Numbered from the stretch's first letter, positions 19,282 through 28,031 are shown. The stretch: DNA of 64,000 bases from Candidatus Eremiobacteraceae bacterium (GCA_035314825.1 DATFYX010000034.1:2036-66035); one strand, 5' to 3'. Numbers and translations are program-made. The notes: generated by a model from the sequence alone, not told the origin.

Positions 19282-20027
19282 GCGGCGCGGGAGGCGCGGC
19301 AAGCGGCACGAACGGAGCAGCGCTGCTGGACGTGCGCGACCTGCGCGCAGGATACGGCGGCGTCGAGGCGGTGCACGGCATCAGCCTGCGACTGGAACAG
19401 GGACGCGTCGCCACGATCATCGGCGCGAACGGCGCGGGCAAGACGACGACGCTGTTGGCCATTTCGGGTATCGTGCGCGCGAGCGCCGGCACGATCGAAC
19501 TTTCCGGCCGGCGCATCAGCGGGCTTGAGCCCCACGACATCGTCGCCGCCGGGCTCGTGCAGGTTCCGGAAGGCCGTCTCATCCTCGCGCAGATGAGCGT
19601 GCGCGAGAATCTTCAGGTCGGCGCGTTCACGCGGCGTGACCGTGCCCAGATCGCGGCTGATGTCGAGTCGATGTTCCAACGCTTCCCCGTCCTGCGCGAA
19701 CGCGCGGATGTGGCCGCAGGATCGCTGTCGGGCGGCGAACAGCAGATGCTCGCGATCGCGCGCGGGCTGATGGCACGCCCGAAGCTGTTGCTGCTCGACG
19801 AGCCGTCGATGGGACTCGCGCCGTTGCTCGTCGCGCAGATCTTCGCGATCATCAAGCAGCTGCGCGCAGAGGGCCTGTCGATCTTGCTGGTCGAGCAGAA
19901 CGCGCGCCAGGCGCTGGCGATCAGCGACTACGCCTATGTCCTGGAACGCGGCAACGTCGTCAAGCAAGGAGCCTCGCCAGACATCGCGGGCGATGCGGCG
20001 GTGGCGGCGGCCTACCTGGGCGGGTGA
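19278..20027 (+). CDS. ABC transporter ATP-binding protein (LivF family)
   Basis: Walker A GANGAGKTT, signature LSGGEQQMLAIARG, Walker B LLLDEPSMG. ATG 19278 overlaps the upstream TGA. Confidence 0.9.
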   Translation: MSGAGGAASGTNGAALLDVRDLRAGYGGVEAVHGISLRLEQGRVATIIGANGAGKTTTLLAISGIVRASAGTIELSGRRISGLEPHDIVAAGLVQVPEGRLILAQMSVRENLQVGAFTRRDRAQIAADVESMFQRFPVLRERADVAAGSLSGGEQQMLAIARGLMARPKLLLLDEPSMGLAPLLVAQIFAIIKQLRAEGLSILLVEQNARQALAISDYAYVLERGNVVKQGASPDIAGDAAVAAAYLGG

Positions 20028-20089
20028 AAGGGGCGCCATGCCGCAGCGCACAGCACTTTCCCAGCCAGAACCGATAGTCTACAAAGGCC

Positions 20090-20779
20090 ATGAAAACAAC
20101 TCCGAAGGTCGCCATCGTCGACGACGAACGCCACGTGCGCGAGATGCTCGAGCTTGGGCTTGCCCGCGAGGGGTACACCGTGCGCTCGGCCGCCGACGGC
20201 GCGCAGGCGCTCGATCTCGTCGGCCAGTGGGAGCCTGACATCATCATCCTCGACGTCATGCTGCCCAAGATCGACGGCTTCACGCTGCTGCCGATGCTGC
20301 GCAAGAAGACGGAAGCGCCGATCATCATGCTGACCGCCAAGGGCGATATCCCGGACAAGGTCGTCGCGCTCGACCGAGGAGCAGACGACTACCTCGCCAA
20401 GCCGTTCGCGTTCGAAGAGCTGCTCGCACGCCTGGGCGCGGCGCTGCGCCGGCCCAAGCTGGCCGCCGGCGCCGAACTGCGCTACGACGATCTGACGGTC
20501 AACGTCGAGACGCGCGAAGTGCTGCGCGGTGGACGGCGCATCGGGCTGACGCCGCGCGAGTTCGACTTGCTCGTCGCCTTGATCCGCGTGCCGCGGCGCG
20601 TGCTCACCAAAGAACAGCTGCTCGAGCAGGTGTGGGGCCACGACTTCGAAGGCGAGGTCGGCATCGTCGAGACGTACATCTCATACCTGCGCGCCAAGGT
20701 CGACGGCGGCGAGAGCAAGCGCATCATCCATACGGTTCGCGGAGTCGGCTACGCATTGCGCGAAGACGACCTCCCGTGA
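20090..20779 (+). CDS. OmpR-family two-component response regulator
   Basis: Receiver domain (VAIVDDERHVREML...DIIILDVMLPKIDG...LTAKGD) plus winged-helix output domain (LTPREFDLLVAL...VETYISYLRAKV...IHTVRGVGYAL). Confidence 0.9.
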   Translation: MKTTPKVAIVDDERHVREMLELGLAREGYTVRSAADGAQALDLVGQWEPDIIILDVMLPKIDGFTLLPMLRKKTEAPIIMLTAKGDIPDKVVALDRGADDYLAKPFAFEELLARLGAALRRPKLAAGAELRYDDLTVNVETREVLRGGRRIGLTPREFDLLVALIRVPRRVLTKEQLLEQVWGHDFEGEVGIVETYISYLRAKVDGGESKRIIHTVRGVGYALREDDLP

Positions 20780-22143
20780 ACTCCCTCGCCAACCGCCTCA
20801 CCGCCTGGTACGCGATCGTCCTGGTCGCGCTGCTCGCGTTTGTCGTGGTGGCGTCGTCCCTGATCCTCGTTCGCATGCTCGATCAAGAGACCCATGCCAT
20901 GCTCATGGCGCCCGCCGCCAACGTGCGCGTGCTTGGCACCGCGCTCGGCTCGAACGAGAGCGCGCTGCGTCTGCTGGCGCCCGCCGTCGCCAACGATCTG
21001 GAGAGCCTCGGCCTGCACGGCGCGGTGTTCGACAACGAAGGGCGCTTCTTGGCCGGCGATATCCAGCAGTCCACCATCGGGTCGGAATACGTCGGCGTCA
21101 AGCGCGGCGTCATGCCGGCCGACCGCGGACCGCTGCGCTTCGTGCCCTATCCGGGCGGCTACATCACGATCCAACCTGCCTTCGATTTTCTGCTGTTCAA
21201 CCTCGGCCCATACTGGCTCACCTTGGCCATCGTGCTCGCCATCGCGCTCATCATCGGCTGGGTGGCCGGCCGCGTGCTCGCGAGCCAGGCGCTCGCGCCC
21301 ATCGTCGACGTCACCAACGCGCTGGACAGTCTCGCGCGCGGCGATTTCTCGCGCCGTACGCTGGTGCGCGGCGCGCCCGGCGAAGTCACCGCGCTCGCCA
21401 ACGCGTACAACTCGGCCGCCGAACGGGTCGGCGCGGCGTTCGAGCAGCGCCGCAAGACCGAGGAAAGCATGCGCCAGTTCTCCGCCGACGCAGGGCACGA
21501 GCTGCGCACGCCGCTGACGGTGATCTCCGGCTACGTCTCCGTGCTGCGGCGCGGCGCGGTGACCGAGCCGCGCGTCGCCAACGACATCTTAGAAACGATC
21601 GCCGTCGAGACCGAACGCATGCGTCATCTCATCGACAAACTGCTCGCGCTCGCGCGCCTTGACAATCAACCGCATGCCGAGCTCGAACTGGTGGATGCGG
21701 CGCGCGTCGCGCGCGACGCCGCCGAGAGCTCGCGTCCGCTCGTGCCCGCAGGCGCGCTCTCCCTCGACGCTCCCGGTCCGTTGCAGGTGCGCGCCCATCC
21801 GGCAGAGCTGCGCGACGCGGTGCGCAATCTGATCGAGAACGCTGCCAAACATGCCCCCGGCGCCCACGTCGAGGTCAGTGCCCGGCGTGACGACGGGCGC
21901 GCGGTCATCGAAGTGAGCGACGACGGTCCCGGCATGCCGGCGGACGAGCAGGCCCACGCGTTCGAGCGCTTTTTCCGCGGCGAGATGCGCGGCGACGTCA
22001 CCGGGTCGGGTCTGGGCCTGGCGATCGTCAAGACGGCGATGGAACGCATGGGCGGCAGCGCCGAATTGTGGAGCGAGTCCGGCAAGGGCACGACCGTGAC
22101 CTTGAGCCTACCGCTGGCGCGACAAGGCCTAGCGGCGGATTAG
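20776..22143 (+). CDS. Sensor histidine kinase (2 TM, HAMP, HisKA, HATPase_c)
   Basis: GTG 20776 overlaps the RR gene's TGA. H-box SADAGHELRTPLTVI, N-box NLIENAAKHAP, G-boxes DDGPGM and GSGLGLAIV. Confidence 0.9.
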   Translation: MNSLANRLTAWYAIVLVALLAFVVVASSLILVRMLDQETHAMLMAPAANVRVLGTALGSNESALRLLAPAVANDLESLGLHGAVFDNEGRFLAGDIQQSTIGSEYVGVKRGVMPADRGPLRFVPYPGGYITIQPAFDFLLFNLGPYWLTLAIVLAIALIIGWVAGRVLASQALAPIVDVTNALDSLARGDFSRRTLVRGAPGEVTALANAYNSAAERVGAAFEQRRKTEESMRQFSADAGHELRTPLTVISGYVSVLRRGAVTEPRVANDILETIAVETERMRHLIDKLLALARLDNQPHAELELVDAARVARDAAESSRPLVPAGALSLDAPGPLQVRAHPAELRDAVRNLIENAAKHAPGAHVEVSARRDDGRAVIEVSDDGPGMPADEQAHAFERFFRGEMRGDVTGSGLGLAIVKTAMERMGGSAELWSESGKGTTVTLSLPLARQGLAAD

Positions 22144-23514
22144 CGGCAGCACGTCGGCCGTCGCCGGCGCAATGGCCGCTTCAAGCGCCTCGACCGCCAT
22201 CGGATCGTACTTGTGCGGCGTCAGGGAGAGGATCTCGGCGACCGCCTCCTCATGCGACATGCCGGCTCCCTGCGGGCGCTGCGTCGTCAGCTCGACGTAC
22301 TTGGTCGCGACCCCGACGATGCGCGCAGGGATGCAGATGTCGTTGCCGTGCAAGCCGCGCGGATAGCCGCTGCCGTCCAACAATTCGCAGTGCTGCTCGA
22401 CGATCTCGGCGATCTGGCGATAGTCGCGCCAGCGCGCGACCAGCCGCGCACCGACCTCGATGTGGCGCGGCGTGCGCTGGCCGGGCATGGCGAGCATGCC
22501 GACGTCATGCAGCAGCGCGCCGCGGCGCAGCATCTCGAGCTCGACCGGCGGCAGTCCAAGCGCTTGACCCATCGCGGCCGCCATCTGCGCGGCGCGGCGC
22601 GAACGGCCGCTGTCGACGCCGTCGCGGTAGTCGACCGCGAACGCCAGCGCTTCGATGAGATCGCCGTTGATGCGATCGAGCTTGCCGATCTTGTCGAAGA
22701 ACTCGATGTTCTCGTGCTCGAGCGCCGCGAGGTAACGCTCGGAGCGGGCGCGCAGCGCCGAGTACGAGAGGCGGATGACGACCAGCGGCACGATGAAATA
22801 GACGAGCGCGCTCCAATGCCGCGCCGCGATGTCGCCGGCCAACAAGTATCCGAGCCCGGTCAACGCGCAAAACGCCGTCAGCGCCCAACCGGCGATGCCG
22901 TCGCCCGCAAGCGCGAGCGAGGGTGGCCCCGAGCTGCGCATCAGCGCTGCCGGCGCGAGCACCTCCGCGGCGTATGCGGACAACGCGTAGAGCGCGCCGA
23001 CGCCGAGCAGCGGCATGCCGAACGCGGCCGCCGTAGTGGCGAACACGCCGCCGACAAGCGGTCCGAACACCGATCCAGCGAGGATAAAGGCGCTGTCAGA
23101 CCCGGTCAGCGCGCGCGAGGAAAGCAAGCGCGCGCCGCCGCGCGCGAATCCGACCAGCACGGCGGCCGGCGTGCCATAGAGCGCGAACGCGGCGACGACG
23201 ATCGCCAACGACGGGCCGATGACGCGCCCGCCGGCGCGCATGATGTCGCCGGTGAACAGCTCCATGAAGACCGCGCACACGACCAACACGGCGAGCGTCG
23301 CCGGCGCATGCCACGCGGAAAGCGTCGCCCAGATGAGGGCTGTGGTCGCAAGGGCCGCGACTGCGCGAGGTGCGGCATCGGGCGCCGTCTCGAGCGACCA
23401 GAAAGTCGCCCGGGACCGCGCGAACGGCCCGCGCACCAAAGACAATGAAGAGCGGCGCACTTTGCTCACATCCAGTAGGACCTTTCGGGCATGCCACCTG
23501 TTACCCGGAACCAT
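22129..23514 (-). CDS. Membrane-bound HD-GYP domain protein (putative c-di-GMP phosphodiesterase)
   Basis: C-terminal LLHDVGMLAM...HIEVGARL...HCELLDGSGYPRGL (HD and GYP motifs). The N-terminal half has multiple hydrophobic helices. Start is uncertain: candidates are 23592 GTG, 23514 ATG and 23469 GTG, and the first ~25 codons of the long ORF have atypical codon usage. Confidence 0.75.
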   Translation of the reverse strand: MVPGNRWHARKVLLDVSKVRRSSLSLVRGPFARSRATFWSLETAPDAAPRAVAALATTALIWATLSAWHAPATLAVLVVCAVFMELFTGDIMRAGGRVIGPSLAIVVAAFALYGTPAAVLVGFARGGARLLSSRALTGSDSAFILAGSVFGPLVGGVFATTAAAFGMPLLGVGALYALSAYAAEVLAPAALMRSSGPPSLALAGDGIAGWALTAFCALTGLGYLLAGDIAARHWSALVYFIVPLVVIRLSYSALRARSERYLAALEHENIEFFDKIGKLDRINGDLIEALAFAVDYRDGVDSGRSRRAAQMAAAMGQALGLPPVELEMLRRGALLHDVGMLAMPGQRTPRHIEVGARLVARWRDYRQIAEIVEQHCELLDGSGYPRGLHGNDICIPARIVGVATKYVELTTQRPQGAGMSHEEAVAEILSLTPHKYDPMAVEALEAAIAPATADVLPLIRR

Positions 23515-23606
23515 GCGCCAAAGGGCTACGTTCTCTCTTGGGAAAGCCGAAAACTGTGATAGGGGCGATACGTGCCCGGTTAGGGAGGACACAACTGTCT
23601 AGTATC

Positions 23607-24071
23607 GTGGGACGAATCGGGCTGGGTTGCTTGGCCGCCGCGTTTGCGGCGACGCTTGCGTTAGGCGTCGAGCCGCGCAACGCGCAGGCGACAAACGCTC
23701 CGATCACGGTGACGTTGGGCCTCGAGCGCAACGCCAAGATCACGCATCTGGCCGCCGGTGATTCCGTGGGTGTCGCGCCGGCAATCGTTCACGTGCACGT
23801 CGGCGATGCGATCGTCTTCGTCAACGCCGATCAGCAGGCGCAGCACACCGCGACCGGCCTGCCCGGTGCGGCGCGTTTCGGCGAACCGCGCTGGACCGAG
23901 GCCGTGCTCAAACCCTTCGGCACGATCGGCGCAGAGCCGTGGAGCAGCGGCGTCATCGCGCCCGGCGCCAGCTCGGCGCCGCTCGTCGCCGCGTCGCCCG
24001 GCACCTTCCTCTACGGCTGTTTCTTTCATTATTCAGCCGGAATGCGTGGCGAGATTATCGTCGAACCCTAG
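23607..24071 (+). CDS. Cupredoxin (plastocyanin/amicyanin-like blue copper protein), secreted
   Basis: Intact type-1 copper ligand pattern: ...AQHTATG... and YGCFFHYSAGMRGEIIV. Signal peptide GRIGLGCLAAAFAATLALG. GGGAGGA at 23583-23589 sits 5 nt before in-frame CTG 23595 and 17 nt before GTG 23607. Confidence 0.75.
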   Translation: MGRIGLGCLAAAFAATLALGVEPRNAQATNAPITVTLGLERNAKITHLAAGDSVGVAPAIVHVHVGDAIVFVNADQQAQHTATGLPGAARFGEPRWTEAVLKPFGTIGAEPWSSGVIAPGASSAPLVAASPGTFLYGCFFHYSAGMRGEIIVEP

Positions 24072-24077
24072 GGTCCC

Positions 24078-25478
24078 ATGGAATTCCGCGAGCCGATCGA
24101 GCAGCTCATCCGCGACCCGCGCGAGTATACCAAGAACATCACATTTCCGCCGGCATCGGACTTGCGCATCTACGACACGTCGTTGCGCGACGGCGAGCAG
24201 ATGTGCGGCATCGCCTATACGCCGGAGACCAAGTATGAGATCTGCCGGCGCCTGTCCGACATCGGCGTGCACATCATGGACGTCGGTTTCCCCGCCGTCT
24301 CCGATGATGAGCGCCGCTCGCTGCAGCTGATCATGAACGGCAAGCGCAAAGGCGAGATCCGCGAGGATCTCGACGTCGTCGTCATGTGCCGCTCGACGAG
24401 CAAGGACATCGACGCGACGCTGACCGCGCTGCACGAGATCCAGGTCGCGCCCAGCGCGGTCACGTTCTTCGTCTTCACCTCGGGCAGCGATCTGCACATG
24501 AAATACAAGATCGGCAAAGCGCTGCTCGCGCGCGAAGGCAAGTCCGAATCGGAGTGGCTCGACTTACCGCTGTCGTTCTTCCGGCAGGCGAACATCCGCA
24601 TGCAGTGCGATGCGATCCGCTACGCGCGCGACCACGGCGTCGAACGCGTGGAGTTCGGCGGCGAAGACGGCAGCCGCGGCGACGTCGACTACTTCATCGA
24701 GCTGTTCAAAGCTGGCTTGGCCGCGGGCGCCACGCGGCCGTCATGGCCCGACACGGTCGGCTGCCTGACGCCCGAGGCGACGCGCTGGCACAGCACGCGC
24801 ATCGTCGAAGCCATGCCCAAAGACGTCACGCTGCTCAACCACTTCCACAACGACTACGGTCTGGCCACCATCAATTGCATCACCTCGCTGGCGTGCGGCT
24901 TCAAGGCCTTCACGGTCACGGCCAACGGCTACGGCGAGCGCGCGGGCAACGTGCCGCTGCACCAAGTCGTCACCGCGCTCAAGGTCCTCTACGGCGTCGA
25001 CATCCCCGGTTTCAAGTACAACAAGCTGTGGGAGCTGGCGCGTTTCATGGAATCGGTCTCCGGGTATCCTATCCAGGCGCACGAGCCGATCATCGGCGCC
25101 AACGTGTTCGCGCACGAATCGGGCATCCACACGCACGCCATGCTGATCGACCGGCGCATGTACGAAGCGGTGCCGGCGGAGCTGGTGGGCGGCCACATGC
25201 ATTTCATCTACGGCAAGCACAGCGGGATGTCGGTCATCGAGGCTGCGCTCAAGAAGAACGAGGCCAAGCTCGCCAAGGCGGGAGTCACCGTGGACGCGGC
25301 GCTGGCCAAACGGGTGCTCGAAGAGGTCAAACGCGTGCGTGAGGAACGCGCACTGACTGGGCGCACGCACGACATCATCAATCAATACTATGCGGGCATC
25401 AACGGCCTAGGCCTGACCGAGGACGACGTGCTGACCATCGCCGAAAGTCTCGGACGCCCGGTCAGCGCCAAGACATGA
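24078..25478 (+). CDS. HMGL-like synthase of the 2-isopropylmalate/homocitrate/citramalate synthase family
   Basis: IYDTSLRDGEQ, HFHNDYGLATIN and ESGIHTHAM motifs. 466 aa, with no long LeuA regulatory tail. Not located in a leu operon. Confidence 0.75.
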   Translation: MEFREPIEQLIRDPREYTKNITFPPASDLRIYDTSLRDGEQMCGIAYTPETKYEICRRLSDIGVHIMDVGFPAVSDDERRSLQLIMNGKRKGEIREDLDVVVMCRSTSKDIDATLTALHEIQVAPSAVTFFVFTSGSDLHMKYKIGKALLAREGKSESEWLDLPLSFFRQANIRMQCDAIRYARDHGVERVEFGGEDGSRGDVDYFIELFKAGLAAGATRPSWPDTVGCLTPEATRWHSTRIVEAMPKDVTLLNHFHNDYGLATINCITSLACGFKAFTVTANGYGERAGNVPLHQVVTALKVLYGVDIPGFKYNKLWELARFMESVSGYPIQAHEPIIGANVFAHESGIHTHAMLIDRRMYEAVPAELVGGHMHFIYGKHSGMSVIEAALKKNEAKLAKAGVTVDAALAKRVLEEVKRVREERALTGRTHDIINQYYAGINGLGLTEDDVLTIAESLGRPVSAKT

Positions 25479-25508
25479 CTTCCCAAGGGCGGGAAAGACA
25501 GGACAGCT

Positions 25509-26417
25509 ATGAAGGACACGACGGACAACACGCACATCACGGCCGAATGGATCCGGCGCCCCCTGCCGGACCTCGACGGCGTCTCCCCGGTCGATGCGAT
25601 CGGCGACCCGCAAACGCGGCGCAAACTCGATGACCTGCTGATCGAGCTCGCCGGCCACCACGTCCGCCTCGGCCATCTCGGCCTTCCGTCGGTCGATCCG
25701 GCGGACATCCGCAAGGCGCTGGGCATCGAAGCGGCGGTCAGCGTCGCTGCGCGGGCGCCGGCACGAGTCGTGCGGCCCGGACCGATCAAGCGCAGTCAGC
25801 TGCTCGACGAGCTGGGAACGGCGCTGACCGGCGGCGACGTCGACAGCGTGGCGTACTACAAGCTCAACACGCACGCGGTCGAGCACTTCATGCACAATCT
25901 CGGCGATCAAGAAAATGTGCGTATCGCGCAAGCCGACGCCGATCCGGAGATGAAGAAGATCTCGCCGGTGACGACCGAGGTGCGCTACGGCATCATGTCC
26001 GACTTCATCAGCCTGGTGGAGGACATCGCCGTCGCCGGGCGGCTGCGCACCGCGATCTCGGGCAAGGGCGCGTTTCGGCGCTTCCGCGAGGCGGTCGACG
26101 AAGACGACACGTTGCGCCGGCGCTGGCTAGGCTATCGCACCAAGCGGCACTATCACCTCGCGCTCGACTGGCTGCACGCCAACAGCCTGCGCCCTGAGGG
26201 CCTCAATCCATCTGACTACGATTGGGAGCCGGCATCAGAGGCCGCATCCGCGCCCGCAACCGCACCCGCGCCCGTGGCCGCGTCTGAAGCCGTCGAGCCC
26301 GCGGCAGCTGCGGCCCCGGAGGTCGTAGCCGAGGAGGCGCCGACGACGGGTGAGGAGCGCCCCGAATCCGCCGCGCCCGACAAGCCGGGCGAAGAGGTCG
26401 GCGCCCCGACTTCGTGA
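25509..26417 (+). CDS. UPF0158-like protein with an N-terminal DUF2384 (Xre/MbcA/ParS toxin-binding)-like segment and an acidic Pro/Ala-rich tail
   Basis: N-terminal WIRRPLPDLDGVSPVDAIGDPQTRRKLDDLL resembles the DUF2384 motif. The central ISGKGAFRRFREAV...RRRWLGYR resembles the UPF0158 signature. The C-terminal ~80 aa are low complexity. Confidence 0.5.
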   Translation: MKDTTDNTHITAEWIRRPLPDLDGVSPVDAIGDPQTRRKLDDLLIELAGHHVRLGHLGLPSVDPADIRKALGIEAAVSVAARAPARVVRPGPIKRSQLLDELGTALTGGDVDSVAYYKLNTHAVEHFMHNLGDQENVRIAQADADPEMKKISPVTTEVRYGIMSDFISLVEDIAVAGRLRTAISGKGAFRRFREAVDEDDTLRRRWLGYRTKRHYHLALDWLHANSLRPEGLNPSDYDWEPASEAASAPATAPAPVAASEAVEPAAAAAPEVVAEEAPTTGEERPESAAPDKPGEEVGAPTS

Positions 26418-26424
26418 CGCAAAT

Positions 26425-26454
26425 AGGCGCGGATCCAAACTGTGGTCCGCGCCT
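26425..26454. terminator. Strong hairpin in a convergent intergenic region (candidate bidirectional terminator, no clear T-tract)
   Basis: AGGCGCGGA (26425-26433) pairs with TCCGCGCCT (26446-26454). The stem can be extended by CCA/TGG inside the loop. Confidence 0.4.
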
Positions 26455-26489
26455 CTATCGGTTCATGGTGCCGGGTGCGCCTTATCCTT

Positions 26490-26548
26490 GGGGGACCGCA
26501 CGAGCGTCACCCGGCTATTCACAAGACCGGGTGGCCCCCCGTTTTGTT
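26490..26548 (+). terminator. Compound hairpin followed by GTTTTGTT (candidate intrinsic terminator)
   Basis: Outer stem GGGGG/CCCCC and inner stem CACCCGG (26508-26514) / CCGGGTG (26527-26533), then a T-rich tract at 26541-26548. Confidence 0.4.
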
Positions 26549-26580
26549 ACAGCCCGCTCGAGAAGTTTTTTGCAGCCCCT

Positions 26581-27411
26581 CTAATCCACGGACCCACCCA
26601 GGGTCATGAGCACCCGAAAAGCCCGGAAAACCGTGAGAAAATCGTCGTGCGCATAGCGGATATACCGCCCGCCGATGCGCTCAGATCCGGGCAGCAGCGC
26701 CGCCATATCGGCCTTGGCGGTCGACGTGAAGCGTATATCCAGCGTCACTGGGCTGTCGAAGCGGTACGGTTGGGCGCCCCGTTTCGGGGCCTCGGCGAGC
26801 GCGCGCTTCATGCCGGCTGCAATGGCGGCGCGGGCTTCGTGCGGGGAGAGCGAATCGGCCGCGTACCGCCCGATCGCGCGCTTGACCTCGACGGTCTGTA
26901 CCCAGGGCAAGAAGCTGCGCGCATCCTCGCACGCCGACTGATCGCCTGACAGCAAGATGACGGGCACGCCGAAGGAGCCCGCGACCGCGGCATTGATGCG
27001 CGCTTCGCTGCAGGCCTGGCCGTTGATGTGCACTTCGTAGACCGTTTCCCCGGTGTAGGTGTGGTCGAGCACCGCATCGTGCGTGCCTGCACCCGCGTGA
27101 TAGCCGATGAACGCCGCGGCGCCGAATGACGGATCGAGCCCTTCGTTCATCGACAGCGGCTTGGGGCTCCCGCGGATCAAGCGCACCGATGGCGGCAGCT
27201 GCTCGTGGATGATGTTGCGCATGTTCCAATGAGAGTCGTTGACGAGGATCTCTTTGACGCCCGAGGCCAGCGCCGCTTCGCACGCCGCGTTGACCTCGCC
27301 GGTCATCAGCTCGCACGAGCGCGCGTATTCGGGCTGGCCGACCGGATTGGTCTGCTCGACCGACGTGATACCCGCGATGCCTTCCATGTCTGCCGAGACG
27401 TACAGCTTCAT
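26581..27411 (-). CDS. Peptidase M55 family D-aminopeptidase (B. subtilis DppA-like)
   Basis: MKLYVSADMEGIAGI...EILVNDSHWNMRN closely parallels the B. subtilis DppA N-terminus (MKLYMSVDMEGISG...VLVNDSH). Confidence 0.85.
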   Translation of the reverse strand: MKLYVSADMEGIAGITSVEQTNPVGQPEYARSCELMTGEVNAACEAALASGVKEILVNDSHWNMRNIIHEQLPPSVRLIRGSPKPLSMNEGLDPSFGAAAFIGYHAGAGTHDAVLDHTYTGETVYEVHINGQACSEARINAAVAGSFGVPVILLSGDQSACEDARSFLPWVQTVEVKRAIGRYAADSLSPHEARAAIAAGMKRALAEAPKRGAQPYRFDSPVTLDIRFTSTAKADMAALLPGSERIGGRYIRYAHDDFLTVFRAFRVLMTLGGSVD

Positions 27412-27427
27412 GCCCCACCGGTTCGCA

Positions 27428-27453
27428 TGTAGCGGTCGAATTCATTCGACCGC
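27428..27453 (+). repeat. REP-like element copy 3 (TGTAGC-GGTCGAAT-TC-ATTCGACC-GC)
   Basis: Perfect 10-bp arms (GCGGTCGAAT/ATTCGACCGC) with a GTAG head variant. Lies in the divergent intergenic region. Confidence 0.85.
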
Positions 27454-27506
27454 CGCACGCGCGCCGAAGGGAGCCCCCGCGCGAGCGCGAAGGTGCATCC
27501 CCCGTA

Positions 27507-28028
27507 GTGTCATTTGCTTCTGCCGAGCGCATCGCGCCGGTCAGCCTGCCGTCGATCGCAGACCTGCAGTTGCTCTTCGCGCGGCTCAACCTCGAGCATT
27601 TCAACGGCGTGCTCCGCGCGCACCGCATCAAATACAACGCGCGTCTGACCACGGTCACCGGCCGCATCAGCTATCGCCCGGCTTTGATCGAGCTGTCGAT
27701 TCCGCTGCTGTCGCGCCATCCCGCCCACGTGCGCGACACGCTGCTTCATGAGATGGTGCACGCGTGGCTGTTCCACACGGGACTCCCCAGCGGCCACGGG
27801 CGCGAGTTCAAGGCCAAGATGAGCGAGGTCGGCCTCGACAGCATCTATCACAATCTGCCGGTCGCGCGCCGGAGCAGCCGCCGGCGCTACGTCTTGGAAT
27901 GCCCGCGCTGCCGGCTCGCGCTCACCCGCAAGCGCCGCCCCGGCGTGCGCGTGTCGTGCGCGCGGTGCTCGCCGCGGCGCTTCGACTCGCGCGTCGAGAT
28001 GCGCGTGCGCGAGATCGTCCTCACGTAG
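27507..28028 (+). CDS. SprT-like zinc metalloprotease domain protein with C-terminal zinc ribbon
   Basis: LNLEHFNGVL..., HExxH (LLHEMVHAWL), and CPRC...CARC cysteine pairs. Confidence 0.75.
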   Translation: MSFASAERIAPVSLPSIADLQLLFARLNLEHFNGVLRAHRIKYNARLTTVTGRISYRPALIELSIPLLSRHPAHVRDTLLHEMVHAWLFHTGLPSGHGREFKAKMSEVGLDSIYHNLPVARRSSRRRYVLECPRCRLALTRKRRPGVRVSCARCSPRRFDSRVEMRVREIVLT

Positions 28029-28031
28029 CCG

